Shown one piece after another: positions 1 through 11,765 of a stretch of DNA of 64,000 nt (its first letter is position 1; every line of letters begins with the position of its first letter). The DNA comes from Cyanophora paradoxa CCMP329. Taxonomy: Eukaryota; Plantae; Glaucophyta. A program made the position numbers and the translations under genes. The notes below the pieces were generated by a model that saw only the letters and a list, made by a program, of their open reading frames with translations, ran no database searches and was not told where the DNA came from. Where the stretch lies: the NCBI GenBank assembly GCA_004431415.1, contig QPMI01000225.1, forward strand, positions 62,001-126,000, given 5' to 3'.

Positions 1-3000
1 ACCTCGCGCGGTACCCTCCCGAGCTCACCCCCCCCTCCCCCCCAGGCGAACGAGCTGGTGCACGCGCTGTACCCCGGGGCGATCACGGTGGCGGAGGACG
101 TGTCGGGGATGCCGACGCTCTGCCGCCCCGTCCGCTGCGGCGGCCTCGGCTTCGACTACCGCCTCGGCGAGCCCGCAAGCTCGAGCTCGCCCGCGAACGC
201 CTGAGCCCCGAGCCCCTCATCTGAGCCCGGGCGCAGGGATGGGGATCCCGGACAAGGTGTTCGGCCTGGTCAAGGCCGTCAGGGTGCCCGGCCACCCCTC
301 GCAGAGAGCTCTAGGAGTGGGGCCCTCTTCGCCAGCGCTGGCGCGAATCATGACGCCGGCCTGCGTGCGCAGGACGAGCACTGGGACATGGGGGACCTGT
401 GCGGCGCGCTGGGGAACCGGCGCCGCTGGGAGCCCACCATCGCCTACCTCGAGTGCCACGACCAGGCGCGCCCCCGCCTACCCAGCCCCTTCTAGCCTGA
501 GTTGCCCTTGTTTTTCGCTTCCGGCTCGTTCTCACGGGATCGCGGCTGCCAGGCGATGGTGGGCGACGTCACGCTCTCCTGGCGGCTCATGGGCGACCAG
601 CTGCACAAGCGCGTGCCCCTCCCTAGCACCTCACGGCCCCTCTTCTCACAGCGGGGTACAGGTCCTTCACGGTGGGGCAGGAGCCGCCCGTGGGGGTCGA
701 GCGGGGGATGTGCCTCCACAAGCTCTGCAGGCGCGTACCCCCTTCCCCCCTCCCCAGCCCCCTCCCCCCTCCCCCTTCCTCCCCCTTCCCTTCCCTTTTT
801 TTCTTAGCCGCGGCAGGCTTGTCTGCCTGGCCTTGGGGGGAGAGGCGTGGCTGACCTTCATGGGGAACGAATTCGGGCACCCCGTTCGCGTCCCCCCCTC
901 CCTCCCCTGCCCTTTCTTTCTGACGTACCCCCGGCAGGAGTGGATCGACTTCCCGCGCGCGGGCAACGGAGACAGCTTCGAGCGCGCGCGGCGCCGCTGG
1001 AGCCTCGCCCGCGATCCGAACCTGCGCTACCGCTTCCTAGAGGACTTCGACGTCGTGCGCCGTACCCCTTTCCTCTCCCCGGGTAGTGAGCGCTGAACGG
1101 CGTACCCTCCTTCCGAATCGAAGGCCATGATGCGCCTCGAGGACGAGTACCGTTTCATGGACGCCCCGAAGCGCGTCGTTCTCGCGGACAACTGTGCGCC
1201 GCACCCCTTTTGAGTTCGTGTACCCCCCGAAGTCGATCCGCCCCGCCCCCGCAGCGGACAAGGTTATCGTCGTGGCCGTCAATCCCCCCCCGGAGGCCCT
1301 GCAAGGCTGGATCGTCGGGCGGCCGGTACACGTACCCCCACACGAGCTGCAGGGGCCCGCTTCAGCTGATCGGTACCCGTCGCCCTTTTACAGCCGGAGC
1401 GGGCGGTGGAGGGCGGGCCCGACCCCCCTGCGCGCCTCCTGCTCGTCTTCAATTTCCACCCCGTGCGGGCCCACTTCGACCTCCGCGTCGGCGTACCCTG
1501 GGCCGGCCGGTGCCCCTTTCTTTAACGCTCCAATTGCGTACCGCGTCCGCGCGCCGAACGCCGTACCCCCCAGGTACCGCGTGGTGCTGGATACGGACGC
1601 CCCCGAGTTCGGCACCGCCCAGCGCCGGTTCGGCCCCAGATTCGCTCGCTTTCGATTGTTTTAATTCGGATTCGAACCAGGCACGTGGAGCGGCATCTGG
1701 ACGCGGTGAAGGCGGCAGCCCGGCGGGAGCAGGGGGTACAGAGCTTCCCGGAACCCTGCCATGTACACGCTTTCAAGTTTCCTCCTACTTCCCCACTCTC
1801 CTTCGAATTCGAGCTAAAAAGCGCCCATCAGGGCCTGCCGCACTGCGTGAAGATCGACCTGCAAAGCCGCTCGGCCGCGGTGCTGCGCTGCGAGCCCGAG
1901 GGGCCTCCGCCGGCCGCCGCCCACGCCGCGCCGCGCCACCGTACCCGCGAGCGCGACCACCGTACCCCCACCTCCGCCGAGCGCGCCGCGCGGGCCGCTG
2001 TCGCCGCCTGCGCCTCCGCCGCGGTCGAAGAAGCAAGCAGCCTCCCGGTGCGAGCGCGGGGCGCCCACTCGGCCAGGGCCGAACTCAAGCGCCGCTGAGC
2101 GCTGGGGCAGGAGGGGGCGCTGGACCTGGAGCACCTGGAGCGGGTGGAGGGGGCGGCGCAGGGCGAGCTCGCGCGGGCGCGCCGCCGGCTCGCCTCCGCG
2201 GAGGCCGAGATCGCCCTCCTCCGCTCCGAGCTCGAGGCGCGCCCAGGCCGGCCACCTGGCTCCGGGGGCTTGCCGGCCCCCCTCCGTTTGTTTCGAGCGA
2301 CTCGTTCCTCCCCGCCGCAGGGCGCGAGGTCCAAGGCGAAGGCCTCCGGGGACGCCCTCCAGGCAAGCGCGCGCTCCGGGGGGCCAGACGCGGACCCCCT
2401 CCGTGCTGACTCGCAGCGCCCTCGGGGGCACGCGTGCAGGCGGCGCTGGCGGGGGCGGAGGCGGCGCGGGCCGAGGCGGCGGTCGCCTCACGGGAGGCGA
2501 GGGCCCTCCGCGACGCCCTCGAGGCGAGCCACGCGCGCACCGCCGCGCGTGCCCCCCTGATCGCCTCTTCGTTCGCGGCAGGACTTGCAGGCGGACCGCG
2601 GGTCCCTCGCCGAGCGCAACTGCGCCCTCAGCCTCGAGATGCGGGTCCGTGCCCCTCCGCTCTTACCCCGGGGGAGCGAGTAGTCTGACGCGGTGCCCGA
2701 CCCGCCCCTCGCAGCGCATGCAGGAGGAGCTGAGCGCGCGGCGGTCGCTGCCGAGGCCTGCGCCCCGCGTGCGCCCCGCCGCCTGCCCCCCCGCAGCCGG
2801 CGGGGGACCCACGTACCGCCCGCGGCAGTCGGCGACGGGGGAGAGGGGCCAGCAGACGAGCCCGCCAGGGGCGGCGGACGGGGCCTCCCAGACGGACGCC
2901 GAGGCCCCCGCGGCGGCGCGCGCCGTGCGGGACTCGGAGGCGCAGACGGACGGGGAGGCGAGCTGCGGCGAGCTCGAGGAGGGCGGGGGCGGGCGGGGGG

Positions 3001-3411
3001 GCCCGGGGGCCGCGCGGCGGGAGCTGGCGGCCGTGAAGGCGGCCCTCGCCCGCCTCGAGGCCGCCCTGCAGCTGGACCGCGAGGAGCAGGCGACGCCTCC
3101 GGATCCCCCGAGGGATCCGGACCCCGCGTCGAGCTCGGCCGCGAAGGTGCGCGCCCTGAACCAGCTCCAGACCGTTTTAATTTGGCTGCAAATGGACCGA
3201 CGTCAACCGCCCTGCGCAGCAAGGGGCTCCGGGCGTGATCTCGAAGAGCAAGCGCCGGGGCCGCGGGCCGCTGGGAGCCCCGGCCGGCACCGCTGCAGCT
3301 GCCGGATCCGGAGCCTCGAGCGGGGACGGAGCCGGCTCGAGCGGGGCGGCGTCCGTCCTGCAGGGGGTGGCCAGCGGCCTCCTGCAGCTCGTCCAGCGCG
3401 ACGCGCGCTAG
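1..3411 (+). CDS. GBE1: 1,4-alpha-glucan branching enzyme (GH13), 3' part, multi-exon, with a long coiled-coil C-terminal extension
   Basis: Spliced translation gives [80 protein letters not shown] and [18 protein letters not shown]. The frame continues through further exons to TAG at 3409-3411. The 5' end lies outside the window. Confidence 0.93.
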
Positions 3412-3623
3412 TTTTGCGATCTGTCTGCACCGATCGAAGCGAGCAGCTACATTACCCACGTACGTACGCGAACGAACTGGAGCCCCAAAGTTGAGATCCG
3501 TCTAGCTTGTAGACGTTCTGTCTGCACACGTACGTACGCGTGTACTAGGGGGTACACCCAGATCGGGCAAACGAGCAATCCGCGCCCTGAAGATTCCGCG
3601 GTCTTAGTCGGCGGCACCCCATT

Positions 3624-6145
3624 ATGCCGATGCCGTTCGGGAAGAAGGGCGGGTCGGCGAGGCCGTCCGTCGTACTCGGGGCCAACGGCGTGGACATTGC
3701 CGAGCGAGCGCCCCGCGAGGACCGCGGGGACCGTAGCTGGAGGGACCCAGGCGGCCAGGACATGCGATCGGTGGAGCGGAAACCGACAAGCCAAGGTCTG
3801 CCCGCCCGCTCCTTCCTCACTCGCCCCATCCGATGCCTCCACGGCGCAGTGCCGGACAGTACGATGCTGAGGATCGCTGGCACGCTCTACATGCAGCTGT
3901 TGGGAGCGGAGAAGTACCGCAACGTCTCCAACAAGGTGCGCGGCACACGCCCACTTTCCTCTGAACATGGTCCGACGACATCGCGCAGTCCAAGTTCATG
4001 CACCAAGTCAGCGCCGCATCCGCAACGCTCCTTCTCGGCCGCCGGAAGCTGTGCTGCGCCGTGAAGTGCGCTCCAAGGATTGCTGTTGCGGAGCGCGGTG
4101 GCTGACGCGCCGCTCCAGATTCGGCAAGCAGGTAGAGCAGACGAAGAAGTACCGCACGCTTGACAATCGCAGCGAGAACTGGAATGAGAGCGTCCGCCAC
4201 TTCGCCCGCTCGCCCTCGCTGCTCCCGCACATTCCGACGCTTCCCCGCCCGCGCCGCTGCGCAGTTCCAGTTCGAGGTCACGAAGGACGACCTGCCGACC
4301 GTCGAGGTGCATGCCGCGCGGCCGCCGCCGCCCGCGCCGCGCCGCCAGCTGAGCGCTCCTGCGCGCAGGTCTTCCTCATGGACTACAACCGGGGCAAGAT
4401 CGTCGGCAGCGTCCGGTGCGCAGCGCCCGGCGCGCACCGCGCCCGGACGCCGTCCTCGCGGCTGAGCGCGCGGGCGCGCGCAGGATCCGCTTCGACAAGA
4501 TGGCTATGGAGCGCCGTACTGTGGATCAAAAGCTCGTGATCAGCCGCAAGAGCCCGGGCCGCCCAATCGACACCGGTGCGCATTGCGCACGCAGAGCAGG
4601 AAGCGCCGGCGCCGGCGCTCGCCGAGGCGCGGGGCGGCGCAGGGACGGTCCACGTGCGCCTCAAGTTCGAGTTCTCGAGCGACCCGGACGCGCGGCCGCG
4701 GCGCGGGGCCGGCCGCCGGCGCGGCAGCGACGATGAGGAGGACGAGGAAGCCGACAAGAAGGGCAAGGGCAAGGGCAAGGCCAAAGGTGCCGGCGCCGGC
4801 CGGGCCGGCGGGGCGCTGGCCCCGCCGCCGCCGCCGCCGCCGCTGACTGGCGGGCGGGCGCGCGGCAGGCAAGGGGAAGAAGAAGGGGAGCGACGACGAG
4901 GAGGAGGAGACGAGCGAGGGGAAGAGCGAGGGGGAGGGGAGCGAGGGGAGCCTGGACAGCGACGGGGAGCCCAAGAAGAAGGGCGGCAAACGCCGCCTCA
5001 AGCAGATGATCGAGGAGATCAAGCAGGCGCGCAATACCCCGCAGAGGCTCCCCGCCGGGGCCCCCTCAGCGCGGCTGAGACGAGCCTCTCGGCAGAACGA
5101 GGAGGCGGGGGAGGCGGCGCTGGTGCCGACGCCCTCGATGCGGGCCCCCGGGGCCGGCGGCGCCATGCCCGCCATGCAGGCCCTCCAGCCGCTGCAGCCC
5201 CTCCAGGTCCGAGCGCTCCCCCCGCCGCCCCGCCCGCCGCCCCCGCCAGCCCCCGACGCCCCTCTTCCTCCCTCCCCGCAGCCGCTCCAGCCCGGCCAGT
5301 GGCCGCCCGCGGCGCAGGGACAGTGGCCGGGCATGGCGCCGGCCGGCCCTCGCCCTGGGCCCCGCCCGGGCCCTTCGGTCGCCGCCCCGTGGTCGGACCC
5401 CGCCCCGCCCCCGTCCCCGGCGGCCCTCCCCGTGGGGCGACGCGCCCGGCGCCCCGCGGCGGCCCCCTTCCCGCCGGCCTCCTCCGCCCCCTCCGACCCC
5501 TTCTCGGCCCCGCCCGCGTCCGCGTACCCCTACGGCGACCCCTCCGCCGCCCAGAACTTCTTCCCCCCAGCTGCCTCCAGCAGCTCGGACCCCTTCTCGG
5601 CCCCCGCCCCCCAGAACCCCTTCCCCTCCGCCCAACAGCCGTACGGGGCCCCCGCCCCCGGCCCCCAGCAGCCCTTCGGCGCGCCGCCGGCCGCCCAGCA
5701 GCCCTTCGAATTCGGAGCGCCGCCCGCCCAGCAGCCGTTCGGGGCCTCGCCGGCCGCGCAGCAGCAGCCTTTCGGGGCCGCCCCGCAGTCGGCCTTCCCT
5801 CAGCAGCAGCAGGCGGCCCCCGGGCAGCAGCAGCCGTACGGCTTCCCCGCCGCTATGTCCAACCCGGCCGCCCCCGGGATGCAGCAGATGCAGGCCATGC
5901 AGCAGCAGGCGATGCAGGCGATGCAGGCGATGCCGGCGCAGGCGCAGCAGCAGCAGCAGCAGGCGTTCGGAGGCGCCTTCCCCGGCCAGCAGCAGCTGCC
6001 GACGCCGCAGCAGCAGCCCTTCGGGGCGGCCCCGGCGGCCCCCGCCCCCGAGTTCGACTTCTTTGCGACCCCGGCGACGAGCGCCCCGCCGCAGGCCGCC
6101 CCGCCCGCCGCCAACGGGCAGCCGACCTGGAGCCCCTTCGGCTAG
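3624..6145 (+). CDS. C2-domain protein with an acidic/Lys linker and a Pro/Gln-rich tail carrying DPF/NPF motifs (endocytic-adaptor-like)
   Basis: Spliced exons read QTKK..NWNESFQFEV..VEVFLMDYN..KIVGSVRIRF..GTVHVRLKF, a C2 pattern. The tail has SDPF twice, QNPF and FDFF, and ends WSPFG*. Confidence 0.7.
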
Positions 6146-6467
6146 CCGCGCCCTCTGTTCGCGCCCAGTAACTGTCAGGCACGCGCGCGAGACGGCTCGC
6201 AATACTAATGGATCGATCGATGACGCGAAGGCGAGCCTTGTGGACACATGCGAGTTGGGGCGGGTCCAGCCGCTGACCTGCATGATGACGCTGTGCGCAT
6301 GCTGGCCGCTAGCCGAGGCCAATCCGCTCAGGAATAGCTAAATAGCAAGTGACTAGCGCTCATCATGATGTGTCACGGCGGGATGGACGTCGACGTAAAG
6401 CTTAGCTGTACATATATATACGTAGCCCAGCGGGGATCTGCCGCTATCCGGATGCGCGGGGGCGCGC

Positions 6468-9400
6468 CTAGGCAGCCGGGGGACAGCGGGCGGTGGGGAG
6501 GCGGCCCAGGGGCTCCTCCCCGCGCAGGAGCCGCTCGACGGTCTCCGCGCCGGCGCGCCGCGCGAAGGCCGCAGCGTCCCACACGGCGCCCCCGCCCCCG
6601 CCCCGCCCCGCCCCGCCCCCGCCCCGCCCCGAGCTCGGGCTGCGGCGGGGCCGGCGCCGCCACCGGCGGGCTCTCGCTCTGCCCCCTCCGATGCTCCTCC
6701 GGGGCGGCTCCGGGGGCGCAAAGCGCGGCAGGAGCTGCGCGGCGGGCAGCTGCAGGTCGACCAGGATGGCCGCCGTGGGGAGCCGTGCGGCGAGCGCGGC
6801 GAGGCAGAGCCTGCACACGACCGAGTTCGAGGGCGGCGAGCGAGCAGGGGGGGGGGGGGGGGGGGGGGGGAGGGGGGAGGGGGGGGGGGGGGGAGGGGGG
6901 CGTGTCTTCGGCCGCGCACGCGTCGAGGCCGTCCGCGCGGCGGGCGGCGGGGTCGGCGCCCTTGGAGAGCAGGAAGCGGCAGATCGACTCCCGCCCGTTG
7001 TACGCAGCGTACCTGCGCCCCAGAGGCGGCCGGTTTGGTCGGGAACGAAACGCAGCGGAACGATAGGGCTGCGCGGGGTCGCCAACATGAGCGCCGTGGT
7101 GCCGTCCGCGCGCCGCGCGTTGACGTCAGCCTGCAGAGCGATGCCGACCGATGTCGGCCCTCGAGAAGGCTAAATATAGCTAGAAATGAAAGAGCTCGAG
7201 CCCGGGAACGTAGACCTGGCAGTTGTCGGCGAGCCAGCGCACGACGTGCTCGTGGCCGCCCTGGACCCTGCCGACGCTTCAGGCCGGCCCCCCAGATTCC
7301 AAGGAGGGCCGCGGCGCTCGCGCCGGCGACTGCGCACGAAGCGATGAGGGGCGTCACTCCGTCCTGCGGGGCGGCGTGGATTCGGGCTCAGCGGCGCGGG
7401 TAGGGAGCGCGGGCCTGACCTCCGCCGCCTCCTCGACGCCGAGCCCGCAACCGACGGCGTACTGGGCAACCTGGGGAGGTCCGAGGGGCGCAGGTGGGCT
7501 CGAGGAGAGCGCGCATACACAGCCCGAGCTCGAGGTGGACCACAAGAGTGCACCGGAAGCTCTCCGCTGAGAGCGGCCGCGTGAAGAAAGGTCTGGCCAT
7601 CCTTGGTGCGGGCGCGACAGTTGGCGCCTGTGCAGGATATAGGCCGGATTAATATTGCGTCGACAGATTTCGCGAACTGTGGCAAGTGGCGCAAGCGCAC
7701 CGCGCTCAACCAGCAGCGTCGCGATCTCGAGGTACCCTTTGAACGCGGCGCAGTGCAGCTGCGCGCGCGACGGCTTGCTTGCTTGGGGGCCTGGGTCCGC
7801 TGCACGGCCCGGGGCGACGCACAGCGGTGACTCCATCCTCGCTGGCAGCGTCGAGCACAGCGCCGCCGTCGCAGAGCGCACGAACGACCTGCGGGGCCGG
7901 CGCCGTTCGGCTTCCGAAAAGGACGAAAGCCGCGCCGTTGCTTGCGACGCACGCCAATGTGTCCGAAGTTCGAAGCGAACATGAGCGGTGTGTTCCCAAT
8001 GGCTGCGGCCCGAAACGGGGCACATAAACTCAGTTGGGGCGGCGGGGGAGAGATCCAGCCGAGTGAGGTGGCAGCGGACTGCTTGCAGCATTTGGGTTGG
8101 CTCCCTGCGCACCCACACCGCAGCTGCAGTGAGCGGCGCAGGCGACGACAGGTCCTCGCTGACGGTGAGCTCGAGCGGGGCGGACCAGGCGCAGGAGGGT
8201 GGCAACGAGCTCTTGGTTCCCGTTGACCGCCGCGATGTGTAGCTGCCGAAGCGCACACGTGCATCGGTTAACGTTTGCACACTTAGAGAACAGCGCCAGG
8301 TCATGGGCTCGTCTGGGAAGGACGGCGCACAGCGGTGTTTCCGTTCTCGCTGGCCGCGTCGACAACAGCGCCGCCTTCGCAGAGCGCACGGACGACCTGC
8401 GGGGCCGTGGGGTCACAGAAGATTTCGGATGGAAGCGCGCCGGTGCGCATGCAACGCGGCGCACGCCAATGTGCCCTTCTTCCGCGGCACTCATGAGGGC
8501 CGTGATCCCTTTTCCTGCGGCCCGACCGGAAGCAAAACGAGTGAGTTTCATTGGAGTGGCTGAGGGGCAGATCTGAATGAATGCGGGGGCAGCGGACTTT
8601 TGGCAGCATTGGGGTTGGCTCCCTTCGCGCACATACATATCACAGTGAGCGGCGCAGGCGAGGGCGGACCTCCCGGCGCGGGTGGTAAGGGATCACGAGG
8701 GGACGACATCGAAGCAGACCAGGCGCAGGAGGGTGGCAACGAGCTCTTGGTTCCCTAGGACGGCCGCGACGTGCAGCTGCCGCGGTGCAGGCGTGCACAT
8801 ATCAATACACTTCATTAAGAAACCAGAGCCAAGTCTTGGGCGCGTATATGAAGGGCGACGCACAGCGGTGACTCCATCCTCGCTGGCAGCGTCGAGAACA
8901 GCGCCGCCGTCGCAGAGCGCACGAACGACCTGAAGGGCCGAGGGGTCGACGTGCCAGAAAGGTTCAGATGAGAGGCACGCTGCTGCGCATGCACGCGGCG
9001 CACGCTAAGGTGCCCTCGTCGAGCGGCAGATATGAGGGCCGTGATCCCTTCACCTGTGGCCCAACCCGTAGCGGAACGAGTGAGTTCCATCGGCGTGGCG
9101 GGGGCAGGTCTAGACGAGTGAGGTGGCAGCGGACTGTTTAAGTTCACAGCATTGGGGTCGGCTCCCTGTACGTCCACACCCAAGTGAGTGGCGCAGGCGA
9201 CGACAGGTCCTCGCTGACGGTGAGCTCGAGCGGGGCGTACCAGGCGGAGGAGGGTGGCAACGAGCTCTTGGTTCCCGTTGACCGCCGCGATGTGTAGCTG
9301 CCGAAGCGCACACGTGCATCGATTCACATTGAACCAGCGCCAAGGCATGGGCGCGTCTAGGATGGGCGGCTCACAGCGGTGATTCCGTTCTCGCTGGCCG

Positions 9401-11489
9401 CGTCGACAACAGCGCCGCCTTCGCAGAGCGCGCGGACGACCTGCGGGGCCGTGGGGTCACAGAAGAGTTCGGATGGAAGCGCGCCGGTGCGCATGCGCGC
9501 GGCGCACGCCAATGTGCCCTTCTTCCGCTGCGGCTATGAGGGCCGTGATCCCTTTTCCTGTGACCGCGGCACAGCGGGTGTGCATCAGCGTGGCTGTGGG
9601 TAGATCTAGACGAGTGAGGTGGCAGCGGACCGGTTCGAGCATTTGGGTTGGCTCCCTGCGCCCCCATGCCGCATGCGCAGTGAGCGGCGCAGGCGAGGGC
9701 GGCCCTCACGAGCGGTAAGTGAGGGGACGACGCAGACCAGGCGCAGGAGGATCTCAACGACCTCTTGGTTCCCTCGGACCGCGGCTGTGAGCAGCTGCCG
9801 CAGCGCAAACATGCGCCGGTTAACATTTGCACACTTTGATCAGGGCCAGCGCCAGGTCATGGGCTCGTCTGGGAAGGACGGCGCACAGCGGTGATTCCGT
9901 TCTCGCTGGCCGCGTCGACAACAGCGCCGCCTTCGCAGAGCGCGCGGACGACCTGCGGGGCCGTGGGGTCACAGAAGAGTTCGGATGGAAGCGCGCCGGT
10001 GCGCATGCAACGCGGCGCACGTCAATGTGCCCTTCTTCCGCAGCACTCATGAGGGCCGTGATCCCTTTTCCTGCGGCATATGATACAGCGGGGGATCGGA
10101 GGTTATCAGTACGGCGGGGATACTGTAAGAAGCTAAGTGTGATATGGCGGCGGACCCGTTCGAGCATTGGGGTTGGCTCCCTGCGCGCGCCCATGTCGCA
10201 GTGAGCGGCACAGGCGAAGTTGGATCCTAGCGGAAGGTGAGTGAGAGGCCGTCGCAGACGTGGCGCAGGAGGATCTCAACGAGCTCTTGGTTCCCTCTGA
10301 CCGCCGCGATGTGCAGCTGCCGAAGCGCACACGTGCATCGGTTAATTTTTGCGCACTTAGAGACCATGGCCAGCGCCAGGTCATGGCCATGGGCTCGTCT
10401 GGGAAGGACGGCGCACAGCGGAAATTTCATTCTCGCTGGCCGCGTCGACAACAGCGCCGCCTTCGCAGAGCGCGCGGACGACCTGCGGGGCCGTGGGATC
10501 ACAGAAGAGTTTGGATGGAGGCGCGCCGGTGCGCATGCAACGCGGCGCACGCCAATGTGCCCTTCTTCCGCTGCGCCTAGGAGGGCCGTCATCCCTTTTC
10601 CTGTGACCGCGGCACAGCGGGTGTGCATCAGCGTGGCTGTGGGTAGATCTAGACGAGTGAGGTGGCAGCGGACCGGTTCGAGCATTTGGGTTGGCTCCCT
10701 GCGCGCCCACACCGCAGCTGCAGTGAGCGGCGCAGGCGAGGGCGGACCTCCGGGGATCCCGGCGCGGGTGGTAAGTGATCATGAGGGGACAACGCAGACC
10801 AGATGCAGGAGGGTGGCAACGAGCTCTTGGTTCCCGTTGACCGCCGCGATGTGCAGCTGCCGAAGCGCACACGTGCACCGGTTCACATTGAACCAGCGCC
10901 AAGACATGGGCGCGTCTGGGAAGCTTAAGGGCGGCTCACAGCGGTGACTCCGTTCTCGCTGGCCGCGTCGACAACAGCGCCGCCTTCGCAGAGCGCACGG
11001 ACGACCTGCGGGGCCGTGGGGTCACAGAAGAGTTCGGATGGAAGCGCGCCGGTGCGCATGCACGCGGCGCACGCCAATGTGCCCTTCTTCCGCGGCACTC
11101 ATGAGGGCCGTGATCCCTTTTCCTGCGGCCCGACCGGAAGCAAAACGAGTGAGTTTCATCGGCGTGGCGGAGGGGCAGACCTAAACGGGGAAGGTGGCCT
11201 GGCAGCGGACCGGTTCGAGCATTGGGGTTGGCTCCCTGCGAGTCCATACCGCGCGCATGTGCAGTGAGAAGCGCAGGAAAAGGCCGCTCCGCGCGGGATG
11301 AGTAAAGGGCGACGCGGACCAGGCGCAGGAGGGCCATGACGGTGCCGTGCTCGCCTTTCGTTGCGGCTCTGAATTACAGGGGTCAGGCGCCGGCGCCGGC
11401 GCGGGGTCCAAAGGCAGCTGGTGGGCGCACTCGATGAGAGATCTTCCATGCATTCCCAACATGAGCATCGCTGCACTGAGAACTTCCAT
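6468..11489 (-). CDS. Ankyrin-repeat protein (about 15-18 repeats), very many small exons
   Basis: Repeating LHIAAVNGNQELVATLLRL-GANPNA / GITALMSAAEEGHIG-VVRALCEGGAVVDAASENG. C-terminal repeats ADVNARRADGTTALM and YAAYNGRESICRFLLSKGADP. ATG at 11489. Confidence 0.88.
7800..11340. repeat. Tandem array of 7 cassettes (about 510-530 bp, 4 exons and 4 introns each) inside the ankyrin gene
   Basis: The VVRALCEGG exon recurs near 7823, 8330, 8863, 9374, 9886, 10415 and 10940, and the intervening introns are alignable between copies. Confidence 0.92.
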
Positions 11490-11765
11490 TTGCGCCCGGG
11501 AGCTGAAGGATCCGCGTGCAAAGCTTTAAAAGCGACGCGCGCGCGCGTTGAAAGCCCCAGGAAGACCGGAGGGCGCTTCTGGGCCGCTTGAGAGCCGTAA
11601 GAGGCAGCTTAGAGCCTAGCCGTAATGGGTACACTATTTCGGGGCGACGCTCATTGCGTGACCCAGTTAGACTCAGAATCCGAGCAGATCCAGAGGCCCG
11701 AGCTCGAGGCCGCTCCCTTCCGCGCGTGCTCTTCACGCCGCGCACTTGCCTGCGGGAATAGGAGA

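Noticed and set aside
1612-1709. Early TGA truncating the branching enzyme
   Set aside because: Using the GT donor at 1628 keeps the frame and restores the conserved C-terminal motif.
7800-11340. CRISPR-like repeat-spacer array
   Set aside because: The conserved blocks are ankyrin exons and the spacers are homologous introns.
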